The notes: a model not told the origin generated them from the letters alone. 64,000 bases of DNA from Pseudomonadota bacterium (GCA_043797085.1 JAZDQA010000008.1:1-64000); one strand, 5' to 3'. Shown: positions 28,157-38,780, numbered from the stretch's first letter. Numbers and translations: made by a program.

Positions 28157-28707
28157 TCGACTAACCTTGCAATTTGAAATAAAGAATTATTGAAACGAAA
28201 TTTCCCTGCTTTTAAAATATTTTTATTGATATAAATCACGGTACTGCGTTCGATGACTATGGTACCTAAAATTCCTAAATCAAGATTTTGTGCATTGTAT
28301 GAAAAGGTAGGACTATTGTTCGAAGTACCCCATGAAGCCACTTTATTAACCGAAGATTTACTCATGTCGATGAGGTAGGCAAAGGCGATATCATGGCGTA
28401 TGACGAGCTCATCTACAGAGATAGCGATTGCAATAAAAGGGAGCGCTCCGACATTTCCGTTATGGTTGCTGTTGATCTCATCCGCAATTTTTTTAGCACT
28501 ATTTTTTCGGTTATCATCATATACGATACCTAAAATAGCTTTACCTGAGGAGCTGTGCGATAATGCTTGTGTATCCAGTGCCATAATTTTTGGGATCATA
28601 CGGATGTGTGTATTAAGGAGAAGTGTGTCCTCAGCATGGACGGTAAAAAGTGCTGTCATCAATAGTGCGAACAGACGTATCAAAACTTCCATCCCATTCG
28701 AATCCAA
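28153..28707 (-). CDS. YfiR/HmsC (DUF4154)-like periplasmic protein (true start probably slightly downstream)
   Basis: Signal peptide (TVHA), and C-terminal IYINKNILKAGKFRFNNSLFQIAR resembling the YfiR family; lies between the TonB receptor and the HAMP-GGDEF gene. Confidence 0.65.
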   Translation of the reverse strand: MDSNGMEVLIRLFALLMTALFTVHAEDTLLLNTHIRMIPKIMALDTQALSHSSSGKAILGIVYDDNRKNSAKKIADEINSNHNGNVGALPFIAIAISVDELVIRHDIAFAYLIDMSKSSVNKVASWGTSNNSPTFSYNAQNLDLGILGTIVIERSTVIYINKNILKAGKFRFNNSLFQIARLVE

Positions 28708-30746
28708 AAGGTACGATCCGCTATTGGATAATCATCAGCATAGGTAGATTCAGGTGCAGGGTATCGCACGGTTGTATCGGTAATATTTTTTATAACACCT
28801 TGTACATACCATCCCTTAGGGGCGTTCATGTCCCAGCCTAAAGCAAGATCAAGGGTATTGTATGCGGCTAAATCATCACGAGCATCAGAGATATAACGCT
28901 TTTTACTGCCAACATAATTCCATATTCCAGCCAACGTCCAATGATTGTCAAAATCATAGCTGTAAGCCGCTTTTATCAAATGTGAAGCGGTATAAGGAAG
29001 GGCACTTTCATTACCATTTTTATCTTTTACTGTTCCATAAATGTAGCTATACGAAAGTGTGAGGGTGTCATCAGCGCTCAATTTCCCCCGCAATTCAGCT
29101 TCTCCGCCTTGAATCACATTTTTACCATAATTTTGAAATGTATTGGTTGCATCACGGACGATTTGTTGAGAATTGATAAGATAAAAGAGATTGAGCCCTG
29201 CTGTGAGATTCGTATTTATTTTTCGTAAGTATTGCGCTTCAAAAGATTTAACTTTCTCAGCGCTCAGATTGGGATTTCCGCCTGCATAAAGGCTCCATGT
29301 AAGATGCATCTCTTGAAATGAAGGGTAGCGATTACCAGTACCTGCCATGAGTTTAAAAATATCATTACGTGTCGGCTGATAAACAATCGAAGCACGACCA
29401 TAAAAGTCTGAATCAATATCGGATGTACTCGTAATTCCTAGTGTCATTGCTATAGCGATTTGATCGTTGACAGTCATCGTATCGGAAAGATAGAAATTGG
29501 TGGTTTGACGCTTGGCATTTTGATATTTAAAATATTGAAATGGGGTGTCCGTATAATCGAGTATATTGGTTGTTAATCCTGTTTTATCGGATGTAACTGA
29601 ATAGGAATCTATTGCTTCATCCCATGTTGATTCGATTCCACAAGTGAGATGATGGGACTCTAATCCATCATAATGAACGGATGCTCCCCCTGTAATACGG
29701 CGACTTTCAACCATCAAAGATGCCCAGTACCCATCCATAAAGGTGACTGTTTTGGTCGCAAGTGTAACCGGATTAAGTAAAAAAGTGTATGTTCCTGTCG
29801 GGAGGGGACGAGAATCACTTTTCCAGCTATCTTCCATTATAGATGCTTTTAAAATGAGGGTGGTATTATTCGTTAGAGGAAGGGTATATTTACTTTGAAT
29901 ATACCATGAAGGCTGTTGGAGCATTCCATCCGCATTTGGAAGAGCATTAAGATTTCCAAATGCACTGTTGTTTTTGTAATTGTTAAATCGCCCGTTTAAT
30001 TCAAATGCATCATAAGAATAGGTTATCCCAAAACCGCTGTGATGCATTCCTAACTTCGCATATCCTGTTTGAGGTGAATTAGGTGAAACGGCTGTATCCG
30101 TTACTTGCACGGGGCTTTGAAGATCGTCATGCTGAGTAAATGCGTCCAAAATGAGATTCCATTTTTCACCACTGTATTGCGCCCAACCGCCTATACCGAT
30201 TGCATCGTCGCTTCCTGCATGGGTGAATAGTCTCCCTTTTTGATCAGATGTAGAGGCTGATTTCGCATGAGTAATGACATTGATGGTTCCGGCGTATCCA
30301 TTGACACCTTCTATAAAGCTTCCTGATCCACGGACAACTTCAATCCTTTCGATAAGTTCAATGGGTAAATCCAGATAAGCGTCATAACCGCTAAAAAAGT
30401 GATCATTGACAACAAAGCCGTCGATGACGAGGGTTGATTGTCCGTAAGCTGTAGGATTGGAGCCTCGAAAAATAGGGGTACGATTGTTCATGGTATTGGC
30501 TGCCATATCGACACCGGGGACAAGTGTCAGTGCTTCACCCAGCGTTCTTACCCCTAGTTTGGATAGATCATCACTGTGCAAAATTGAGAGGATAAAGGGC
30601 TGATAATCAATATTTTGATTGGTTTGTGTTGCAATTTTAGTCGTATCGGAGATATCTTTTAGAAGTGAGGTTCCTATCTCTGTTTCAGAGGCTAAAGCAC
30701 ATGCTGTGAAAAATGACAAGGAAAAAGCTAGAGGAATTAGGCGCAC
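28680..30746 (-). CDS. TonB-dependent outer-membrane receptor
   Basis: Signal peptide, plug motifs (EALTLVPGV, IERIEVVRGSGS, GTINVIT), NPNLSAE, terminal Phe (GWKF). Confidence 0.9.
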   Translation of the reverse strand: MRLIPLAFSLSFFTACALASETEIGTSLLKDISDTTKIATQTNQNIDYQPFILSILHSDDLSKLGVRTLGEALTLVPGVDMAANTMNNRTPIFRGSNPTAYGQSTLVIDGFVVNDHFFSGYDAYLDLPIELIERIEVVRGSGSFIEGVNGYAGTINVITHAKSASTSDQKGRLFTHAGSDDAIGIGGWAQYSGEKWNLILDAFTQHDDLQSPVQVTDTAVSPNSPQTGYAKLGMHHSGFGITYSYDAFELNGRFNNYKNNSAFGNLNALPNADGMLQQPSWYIQSKYTLPLTNNTTLILKASIMEDSWKSDSRPLPTGTYTFLLNPVTLATKTVTFMDGYWASLMVESRRITGGASVHYDGLESHHLTCGIESTWDEAIDSYSVTSDKTGLTTNILDYTDTPFQYFKYQNAKRQTTNFYLSDTMTVNDQIAIAMTLGITSTSDIDSDFYGRASIVYQPTRNDIFKLMAGTGNRYPSFQEMHLTWSLYAGGNPNLSAEKVKSFEAQYLRKINTNLTAGLNLFYLINSQQIVRDATNTFQNYGKNVIQGGEAELRGKLSADDTLTLSYSYIYGTVKDKNGNESALPYTASHLIKAAYSYDFDNHWTLAGIWNYVGSKKRYISDARDDLAAYNTLDLALGWDMNAPKGWYVQGVIKNITDTTVRYPAPESTYADDYPIADRTFWIRMGWKF

Positions 30747-30870
30747 TTATTTTTCCTCATTCATAGGAAGATATTATTGCGCTATGGTATCAAAAATAAA
30801 TTAAATTTACATCACTATTACCTCTCTTTTAGTTTCAATCCTCTACAATAACTTTTCAAATCTTTTAACA

Positions 30871-31131
30871 ATGGAATACTTTTTGCGTATCGATAAATTT
30901 CTTAATGCAGTCAACCTAACCAAACGCAGAGCAGTGGCTCAGGATATGATTAATGAGGATGTCGTTTTGTTGAACAACAAAGTGGTTAAACCTGCTAAAA
31001 ATGTTGCTGTAGGCGATATCATCACCCTTATTTATCTTGCACATGAACAGCGTTTTGAAGTACTATTACTCCCAACGATCAAATCAACACCAAAATCTCA
31101 ACAACATCTATACGTGAAGGAGCTTGTATGA
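30871..31131 (+). CDS. S4-domain RNA-binding protein (Hsp15/RqcP-like)
   Basis: RIDKFL...KRRAVAQ...KPAKNVAVGD. Confidence 0.85.
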   Translation: MEYFLRIDKFLNAVNLTKRRAVAQDMINEDVVLLNNKVVKPAKNVAVGDIITLIYLAHEQRFEVLLLPTIKSTPKSQQHLYVKELV

Positions 31132-32108
31132 ATCCTACAAAAAATGATTTTGAAGCACTTTTTGAACATCGCATGAATGATGAACAAATGCGAGAGTTTT
31201 TAATGAGATTGAAACTTGATGGTTCAACTCCTGTGTCCGTTATTTCCGATGCGGCTCAAGTGATGCGCTCTCATGCTATTGCACTAAAAGTAGCTCCCTC
31301 GCTGCAATCTAACCTTATTGATATTGTCGGAACGGGCGGTGATAAAAGCGGTAGCTTTAATGTTTCTTCGACGGTCTCAATTCTTTTGGCAGGAGCCGGT
31401 GCGTATGTAGCCAAACACGGGAATCGTTCGATTACCTCCAAATCAGGAAGTGCTGATGTGTTGGAATATTTGGGTATCAAGCTTGATCTTGATTTAGAGA
31501 AAAATGCCCAATTGCTCGAAGAGACCGGATTTGCTTTTTTGTTTGCTCAGTATCACCATCCTGCGATGAAGTTTATCATGCCTATCCGCCGCAGTATCCC
31601 TGAAAAGACACTCTTCAATATTTTGGGTCCTTTAACCAATCCGGTAGGACTTTCAAAAATTCTTTTAGGGGTATTTGATGAAGTATTTGTCCCTAAAATG
31701 GTACAAGCCGCTCAAAATATGGGAATGTCGTCGGCAATAGTGGTAAGTTCACGCGAAAAGATGGATGAGATTAGCATTAGTGATATTACGTATGCGGCGC
31801 GCTTGCATAATAATAAAATTGATTATTTTGAGATTGATCCCGAAGCCGTAGGAATCAAAAAAGCCCCGTTTGAAGCGATTTTAGGTGGCGATGCAGTAGC
31901 AAATGCCACTATTTTTAAAGATATTTTAAACAATCGCTCTACTGATGCACAACGTGATATTGTCCTTATTAATGCAGGATATGCGCTGATTGCCGAGGGG
32001 ATGGCACGTGATATACAAGAAGGGTTGGAGATAGCGCGGGATACGCTTCAAAGCGGCAAAGCGGCGAAAAAACTTGAGCAAATCATTTCGGTATCGTCGA
32101 AATTATGA
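31128..32108 (+). CDS. trpD: Anthranilate phosphoribosyltransferase
   Basis: DIVGTGGD, KHGNRSITSKSGSAD, FNILGPLTNP. Confidence 0.95.
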   Translation: MNPTKNDFEALFEHRMNDEQMREFLMRLKLDGSTPVSVISDAAQVMRSHAIALKVAPSLQSNLIDIVGTGGDKSGSFNVSSTVSILLAGAGAYVAKHGNRSITSKSGSADVLEYLGIKLDLDLEKNAQLLEETGFAFLFAQYHHPAMKFIMPIRRSIPEKTLFNILGPLTNPVGLSKILLGVFDEVFVPKMVQAAQNMGMSSAIVVSSREKMDEISISDITYAARLHNNKIDYFEIDPEAVGIKKAPFEAILGGDAVANATIFKDILNNRSTDAQRDIVLINAGYALIAEGMARDIQEGLEIARDTLQSGKAAKKLEQIISVSSKL

Positions 32109-32515
32109 TGCAATTAACGCTTCAAGAACTTCCGAAACTTTGTGAGACGGTAACACAGACTCTTCCAAATGGAGGAGTTGTCATTCTTCAAGGAGATTTG
32201 GCAAGCGGTAAAACCACTTTTACCCAAAGTTTCGCCGCTTTTTTAGGGTTAAAAGATGCCGTCACTTCCCCTACGTTTTCGCTTCAACAAAAATATGGTG
32301 ATAAATTGTATCACTATGATTTGTACAATTATGGATTTGATAAATTTTTATCTTTGGGAATGATGGAAGAACTGGAGCATGCTGGGTATCATCTCATAGA
32401 GTGGGGAGATGAAAAGCTCACAGCGTGGCTCAAAAGAGCGGGAATAGAGTGTATTGTGATAAAAATTACGAAATGCAATAATGATATGCGATGCTACGAG
32501 GTGCAAAATGGATAA
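32105..32515 (+). CDS. tsaE: tRNA t6A37 ATPase TsaE
   Basis: GDLASGKTT, SPTFSL, HYDLY, IEWG. Confidence 0.92.
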   Translation: MMQLTLQELPKLCETVTQTLPNGGVVILQGDLASGKTTFTQSFAAFLGLKDAVTSPTFSLQQKYGDKLYHYDLYNYGFDKFLSLGMMEELEHAGYHLIEWGDEKLTAWLKRAGIECIVIKITKCNNDMRCYEVQNG

Positions 32516-33242
32516 AGTAAACCACACGTTAAAAATTGAAAATTTAGTCAAAACAATTAAAAATCATGAAATTGTACGAGGCATCAGTATGGAGCTTCAT
32601 ACGGGTGAAGTAGTAGGATTATTAGGACCCAATGGTGCTGGGAAAACGACAACATTTTATATGATCTGTGGTTTGGTCGAATCCACATCGGGTCGTGTTT
32701 ACATTGATGGTGAGGATGTATCCTCGATGCCATTGCATAAACGCTCTCAAATGGGAATTGGGTATTTGCCCCAAGAAGCTTCTATTTTTAAAGATTTGAG
32801 TGTGGAAGAAAATCTTATTATCGCGGCTGAAGCTGGAAAACTATCCAAAAAAATGCGAGAACAACGCATCGAAGAACTCTTAGAGATGTTTAATATCGAG
32901 CCTATTCGCGCTCGTCGCGGAATCAATCTAAGCGGTGGAGAGCGACGACGGGTTGAGATTGCTCGTGCATTGGTCAATAAACCCCGTTTTTTACTCCTTG
33001 ATGAGCCTTTTGCAGGGGTTGATCCTATCGCCGTAATGGACATTCAAAATGTCATTTCACAGTTGGTTGAATACGGTATTGGTGTATTGATAACGGATCA
33101 TAATGTTCGGGAAACGTTGGCGGTATGTGATCGTGCCTACGTCATTAAAAGCGGAGAGCTTCTGGCTTCTGGAACGAGCGATGAGATCGCACACAATCCT
33201 GATGTGCGAGAACATTATCTGGGCGAATCGTTTAAACTCTAA
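32508..33242 (+). CDS. lptB: LPS export ABC ATPase LptB
   Basis: GPNGAGKTT, YLPQEASIF, LSGGERRRVEIAR, DEPFAGVDP, YLGESF; upstream of rpoN. Confidence 0.95.
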   Translation: MDKVNHTLKIENLVKTIKNHEIVRGISMELHTGEVVGLLGPNGAGKTTTFYMICGLVESTSGRVYIDGEDVSSMPLHKRSQMGIGYLPQEASIFKDLSVEENLIIAAEAGKLSKKMREQRIEELLEMFNIEPIRARRGINLSGGERRRVEIARALVNKPRFLLLDEPFAGVDPIAVMDIQNVISQLVEYGIGVLITDHNVRETLAVCDRAYVIKSGELLASGTSDEIAHNPDVREHYLGESFKL

Positions 33243-33244
33243 AT

Positions 33245-34516
33245 ATGGGCGCATTAAAGGTTCGAGCATCGGTTGAGGTTAAAAACAAACTCTCGAATAC
33301 TTTGCGTAATTGGCTTCCGATTTTACATTCGAGTTTGAGTGATTTGGGAGAAGCGATGGCACCTTTTGTTGAGGGGAATCCGCTTATTGACGTTAAATCT
33401 GGATACGAAGAGTCATTCGAAGCAAAAATACCGCGAAAAATTCAATATGGCTATGTCCAAAATTCACACTCTGAAGCGATAGAAGCCCTGACAGTACAGC
33501 AGAAAAGTTTATATGATGTTTTAGATGAGCAATGTGAAGCTCCACTTTTTCCGACACCACTCTCGCAAGCAGTCGCTCGTCATGTCTGTGAAAATCTCGA
33601 TGAGGGAGGATATTATGAGGGGGATGGTGAAACTTTTTGTCTCTCAATGGGGATAAGTTTCGAGACGTTTGAACAAATACGAAAGCGTTTTCGATTTATA
33701 GAGCAAGTGGGAATCGGTGCAAGAAATTTACAGGAGTCCTTCTTATTTCAGCTCGACCACACCTCTATAAGCGATACTGTTTATCATCTGGCAACCGACA
33801 TGATAGAAAATTTAGAAAGCCTAAATCGTTACCATAAAGAAGAATATTTTCATGAGGCAATGAGAGTAATAGGGAGTTTTAAAAATCCGCCTGCCATTGA
33901 TTTTTTGGAAAACTCATTGCAAGTTATTCCTGATTTGATGATTTTTAATGATCCGGATACGGGAATAGAAGTTAAGCTCAATGATAACTATTATCCTGCC
34001 ATCACAATCGATACTGAATATGGTGTTGAACACAGCTTTATTACGCAAAAGTTTAAAGAAGCAAAAAGTTTGGTAGATGCTTTGGAAATGCGTAAAGCAA
34101 CCTTGTATAAAGTGGGACTGATGATTGTTGAATATCAGTATACTTTTTTCACAGGCGGAGCGATTAAGCCGTTAACTCTGAAAATGTTAGCCGATGAGTT
34201 TGGTCATAACCCTTCGACGATTTCACGCGCTATTGCCAACAAATACATTGCGTGTGACCGAGGTATTTATGCGATGAAAGAGTTTTTTACGACCGCCATT
34301 GATGAGGATGTATCCAATGCTGCTATCAAAGAGTATGTCAGTGAATGTGTGAAACAAGAATCGCATAAAAAACCGTTGAGTGATATGAAACTTCTGGAGA
34401 TGGTTCAAACCAAATTTAATATCACAATGGTTCGCCGAACAATTGCCAAATACCGTTCACAAGCCAATATCGCAGGGTCAAGTGAGCGTAAAAAACTCTA
34501 TCAGCTAGGACGATGA
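33245..34516 (+). CDS. rpoN: RNA polymerase sigma-54 factor
   Basis: RpoN box VRRTIAKYR, HTH segment HNPSTISRA. Confidence 0.95.
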   Translation: MGALKVRASVEVKNKLSNTLRNWLPILHSSLSDLGEAMAPFVEGNPLIDVKSGYEESFEAKIPRKIQYGYVQNSHSEAIEALTVQQKSLYDVLDEQCEAPLFPTPLSQAVARHVCENLDEGGYYEGDGETFCLSMGISFETFEQIRKRFRFIEQVGIGARNLQESFLFQLDHTSISDTVYHLATDMIENLESLNRYHKEEYFHEAMRVIGSFKNPPAIDFLENSLQVIPDLMIFNDPDTGIEVKLNDNYYPAITIDTEYGVEHSFITQKFKEAKSLVDALEMRKATLYKVGLMIVEYQYTFFTGGAIKPLTLKMLADEFGHNPSTISRAIANKYIACDRGIYAMKEFFTTAIDEDVSNAAIKEYVSECVKQESHKKPLSDMKLLEMVQTKFNITMVRRTIAKYRSQANIAGSSERKKLYQLGR

Positions 34517-35256
34517 AAAAGTTAAAAGCACGTTTAGACGCAGAGGTTGCACGACGGAATTGTTCAGAGGAGATGTGCGAGGATAAGCCTGATCCTTTGA
34601 TGATTGCGCGTTCATTTGGAGATGAATGCAATGCCCTTACGTGCGCTTTATTTGCGTATGGAAATGTACGTGCAATTGTTGGTTTTTTACGATCATTGGA
34701 CAGCGGACTAATTGATATGGGCGAAGAGGATATTGTGAGGTCTGTTGAGGGAAAATATTATCGTTTTCAAAATAGTGAAGATATAGCACAATGGTTTATC
34801 ACGCTTCGACGTTTAAAACTTAATGGAGGAGTAGAAGAAGCATTTAGGCAGGGATACGACCAAGGAGGGGTATTGGAGGGGTTAGATGCCCTTATTGAAA
34901 CATTGTATGCTCTAAACCCGTATCGATCCAAAGGCTATGCCTTCCTCATTGGAAAACCAATTAAAAAAAGTTCTTCCCCCTCAGCTATGAAACGTATCTT
35001 GATGTATTTACGCTGGATGGTTCGTCATGATACGCTTGATATGGGGTTGTGGAGCGTTATGTCGTCTTCTGAACTCATTATGCCGCTGGATACCCATACG
35101 TTTCATGTTTCAACTAAATTAGGGCTGTTAAAGAGAAAGCAATGTGATCTTAAAGCCGCACTGGAATTAACGGAAAATTTAAAAAAATTTGATCCATTAG
35201 ACCCCATAAAGTACGATTTTGCACTTTACAGGCTAGGGCAAGAAGGAATTATTTAA
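34513..35256 (+). CDS. TIGR02757/DUF2400 family protein
   Basis: DPL, FAYG, KR..MYLRWMVR, PLDTH, DPIKYDFALY. Confidence 0.88.
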   Translation: MKKLKARLDAEVARRNCSEEMCEDKPDPLMIARSFGDECNALTCALFAYGNVRAIVGFLRSLDSGLIDMGEEDIVRSVEGKYYRFQNSEDIAQWFITLRRLKLNGGVEEAFRQGYDQGGVLEGLDALIETLYALNPYRSKGYAFLIGKPIKKSSSPSAMKRILMYLRWMVRHDTLDMGLWSVMSSSELIMPLDTHTFHVSTKLGLLKRKQCDLKAALELTENLKKFDPLDPIKYDFALYRLGQEGII

Positions 35257-37181
35257 GGAAGGTGGCTTGGACCTCCAATGTAAAATCCTTGTACATAGTC
35301 GATATTTAATGTTTGTAATGTTGTGAAAATTACATCGTTTTCAACATTTTCAGCAATTGATTTTGCTCCAACGGCGTTGGCAAATGCTGCTATGATTCGA
35401 ACCGTTTCTAAATATTTTCGATTATCATTGATTTTATTAATCAACCCACCATCAATTTTAAGATAATCAATATCCAAGTGAATAATTTTATCTAAATTGG
35501 AATAGCCTGCACCAAAATTATCAACCGATATTTTTACGCCCAACTGCTTAACCCTTGCAATGAAGAGCGATACCAGAACATAATGATCATAAATATCCTC
35601 TTCAGAAAGTTCAAAGATAATTCGGCGAGCAGTATTGGTGCCTACGATTGTCTCTTCGATGTAGCGTAGTGTATGATTATCTGCGATATCGAGTATGGAT
35701 AAATGAACAGTGAAGTTTTCACTACGATTTGCAAATGCCTCACACGTTTGACGAATAATTTCTCGTGAGATTTCAGGATAAAGGGCTGTCTTTTTGGCAA
35801 TGGCTAAAAAGTTCAAAGGAGAGATGAGGGTTGCATCTTTACTAATTAATCGTGCGAGAGTCTCATAAGCTTGAATCTCTCCGCTTTGAGTCGAAATTAT
35901 GGGTTGATAATAGCAAATTATACGCCCATCATAGTACGCCTCTCGAATAGAGGATGCAATAGCGATATTTTGATGTTGCTCCTTTTCAAGTTCTTTATCT
36001 TCTTTATAAATCGAAAAATCTTGTGATGTTTCGGTTGCATTAGCGAGTGCTTCATCCGCATGAGAAAGAGAAAGATGAACACTAGTATCAATTCCAAGCC
36101 GAATTGATACGATAATTTTCTCATTTAATACATTAAATGAGTGCTGGTTGAGTGAATGGAGCAAAAACTCAGCAAAAGTTGGCAAATCTTCTGTCGTTTT
36201 ATCTGAATCGAGGAGTAGGGCAAATTCATCTCGTCCTAATCGATACGCAATGAGTCCCAATTTGGTAAGAAGCAGTGAAACTTGTTGTCGTAAAGAATCA
36301 GTGATTGAAGCACCAAAAAAGTGATTCAGTTCTTGAAAATTTTTAAGATGAATAATGACAAGAGCATGATAAGCATGACGATCCATATCAAACGCAAGAC
36401 GATGTCTGTTTGGAAGATGGGTCAGGGGATCAATAAATCCTTCATTAATCAGTTCTTTTGTTTTTTCTTCTACTCGTTCATGTAAAATCTCAGTAGTTTC
36501 CTGCAATTTTTCAGTGGTGGATTCAATCTCTTCGCTCAGGCGCTTTGTATCATTTGCAAGTACATTGCGGTAAACAATTAAGAAAGGGAGAATACCTGCA
36601 AAAAGAAGAAGGGATTTTGCAATGGTATCAAAAATTGCCATTTGTGATAGTTTTTGAAGCGAAGTGGGTTCTGTAACGGCAACAGTTAAATAGTGAATTC
36701 CTGATGCGGTAGTACTTGGAAGATAGAGAGTGTGAAAACCTTGAACCGGATCAAGATGAAAATAGGGTTGATTGCTTTTTAGAATTTTAGTGAGTTGTTC
36801 ACGATCATTATGCACTGCATCAAGAGGTCCAATGAGTGTTTGATTAGAGGCAGTATAGATATTACTCATACCATAACGCAACGTATTATTGGCATCCACA
36901 AATACACTGTAAAGGCGTCCCATTTTGTGGCTGCGTGCAAATGATGTCATGTTCTCTATCATGGTTGCCGTCTCTATCGGGGTGATTTGACCTTCCCATA
37001 GATGATCATAATAATTGCTTCCTGGAAGTATTGAGGCAGACGAGGCAGCTTCTAATAAATCACTTTTAATTGTTTCTATATGGGTTTTTTTAGCATCATA
37101 ATATTCTCGAATACCCATTCCGATGACCACTGCAATAAAAAGTAAAAGAGTTATAAAAAATTTCTTACTATTAACGCGCAT
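35253..37181 (-). CDS. Membrane GGDEF-EAL protein with degenerate motifs
   Basis: TM-Cache-like-TM; GRDEF; ETL; ELSE; DNFGAGYS. Confidence 0.85.
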   Translation of the reverse strand: MRVNSKKFFITLLLFIAVVIGMGIREYYDAKKTHIETIKSDLLEAASSASILPGSNYYDHLWEGQITPIETATMIENMTSFARSHKMGRLYSVFVDANNTLRYGMSNIYTASNQTLIGPLDAVHNDREQLTKILKSNQPYFHLDPVQGFHTLYLPSTTASGIHYLTVAVTEPTSLQKLSQMAIFDTIAKSLLLFAGILPFLIVYRNVLANDTKRLSEEIESTTEKLQETTEILHERVEEKTKELINEGFIDPLTHLPNRHRLAFDMDRHAYHALVIIHLKNFQELNHFFGASITDSLRQQVSLLLTKLGLIAYRLGRDEFALLLDSDKTTEDLPTFAEFLLHSLNQHSFNVLNEKIIVSIRLGIDTSVHLSLSHADEALANATETSQDFSIYKEDKELEKEQHQNIAIASSIREAYYDGRIICYYQPIISTQSGEIQAYETLARLISKDATLISPLNFLAIAKKTALYPEISREIIRQTCEAFANRSENFTVHLSILDIADNHTLRYIEETIVGTNTARRIIFELSEEDIYDHYVLVSLFIARVKQLGVKISVDNFGAGYSNLDKIIHLDIDYLKIDGGLINKINDNRKYLETVRIIAAFANAVGAKSIAENVENDVIFTTLQTLNIDYVQGFYIGGPSHLP

Positions 37182-37311
37182 ATAATCCTCCCTGTCTTAA
37201 TAAATGTCAGTATAACATTATATTAACAAAATAAATAAGTCAGTATTGGCGCAACGGTTGTAAAAATGAAATTATGGTACAATCGCCTAATTAATCAGGA
37301 GTCCAATTGGA

Positions 37312-38721
37312 ATGAAAAAAATTTTAATCGTGAGTGATGGGGTTATCGGTCACCATTTTATTGAACGTGTTATTGGTACGCATACTACTGAAAATGTCTA
37401 TTATGTTATACACTCAAAAGCAGATGAAACGTATGACAGCTACAACCAATCACGTTTTAAATTTTTTAATTTCGATCCAACCAGTTATTATAAAATTACC
37501 ACTATTTTAAAAATGGATTTTACGCAAGCTATTTTAGCGATGGAAAATCAGCTCGAACTTGAACAGACAATCAAAAATATTCGCGCATTAAAACCGAATA
37601 TTCGTATTGTCGCCTTAGATTTATGGAACTCGGTCAGCCTTGAAGATGGGGTTGAATGGATTAATATGCGTCAAATCTTAGCTTTGAATCTTATCGATCA
37701 TCTTCCTAACATCCCTGTTCTCGCTCAAAATATCGGCTTGGGAAATGGTGAAATAATGGAGGTTTTGGTCCCTTTTGGAAGCTCGTTTGTGTATCGGCAC
37801 ATCGGTTCAATTGAACAAAATAATTGGAAAATAGCGGCAATTTATCGGAATCGTCAGTTAATTTTACCTTCGGATCAAAAAATGATTCAGCCCAATGATG
37901 TCTTGATATTAGTGGGCGAACCCAATGTGCTTAAATCCGTTTATCGTGCAATTAAGCGTGAGCTTGGTCAGTTTCCGGCTCCTTTTGGCAGTAAACTTTA
38001 TTTGTACATCGATATGGCGTATGAAAAGCCAAAAACAATGTTTGAATTGGTGCGACGAAGTATTTATATCCAACGAAAATTGAAAAAACCGCTCTTAATC
38101 AAGATTGTAAATCCAGGAAATATAGATCATTTACGTCAGATTAAAGCCTGTGCAGTAGAGGGTGTAGAGATTGAAATCGTTTACGATTCCATCGTTGACG
38201 AAGAGATGTTTTTATCCGATATTAAAAAACATCATATTGGTCTTTTTCTTGTTTCTCATACCATGTTTGCACGTCGATCCATACGTAAAAAGCTTTATCA
38301 AGGAAATGTTCCGGTTTTAAAACTTGCAAACCGATCATTTTCAACGCTCAAGCAATCTTTGGTTATTTTGGGGGAAGAAAATCATGTTGAGCATATTTCA
38401 ACCACGGTTTTTGATGTCGCGTCGCAGCTTGGCTTTAATTTGGAATTGATTGATTATACGGTTGAGGAGAGGGCAAATGTTACGCAGGCGATTGAACATT
38501 TTAACAATCTTTCGACTATCTTTTCTAAATCGATTAATGTCGTAAAAACCGATGAAAATCCCATCCGTTTTTTACGAGATTATGATAATTTTTTGCAATG
38601 CCTCCCTTTTACGGACAAGATGTTTGAAAATCCGTTTAAATGTTTTTTCGCTACCGATCCTGAGATTTTATACGCAAAACTCGATGGTTACCACCAGCTT
38701 TTTATCCCGACACAAATATAA
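37312..38721 (+). CDS. COG3400 family TrkA-C-domain protein
   Basis: NFDPTS, GLGNGEIMEV, YRHIGSIEQ..WKIAAIYR, GQFPAPFG. Confidence 0.75.
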   Translation: MKKILIVSDGVIGHHFIERVIGTHTTENVYYVIHSKADETYDSYNQSRFKFFNFDPTSYYKITTILKMDFTQAILAMENQLELEQTIKNIRALKPNIRIVALDLWNSVSLEDGVEWINMRQILALNLIDHLPNIPVLAQNIGLGNGEIMEVLVPFGSSFVYRHIGSIEQNNWKIAAIYRNRQLILPSDQKMIQPNDVLILVGEPNVLKSVYRAIKRELGQFPAPFGSKLYLYIDMAYEKPKTMFELVRRSIYIQRKLKKPLLIKIVNPGNIDHLRQIKACAVEGVEIEIVYDSIVDEEMFLSDIKKHHIGLFLVSHTMFARRSIRKKLYQGNVPVLKLANRSFSTLKQSLVILGEENHVEHISTTVFDVASQLGFNLELIDYTVEERANVTQAIEHFNNLSTIFSKSINVVKTDENPIRFLRDYDNFLQCLPFTDKMFENPFKCFFATDPEILYAKLDGYHQLFIPTQI

Positions 38722-38780
38722 TTTAAGCCTATTTAAAGTATCATAGTAAAACTTTCATACTTTATTTCAGTAGGCTTTTT

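Noticed and set aside
37246..37261. Sigma-54-like promoter TTGGCGCAACGGTTGT
   Set aside because: The invariant -12 GC is GT, and a sigma-70-type TACAAT lies just downstream.
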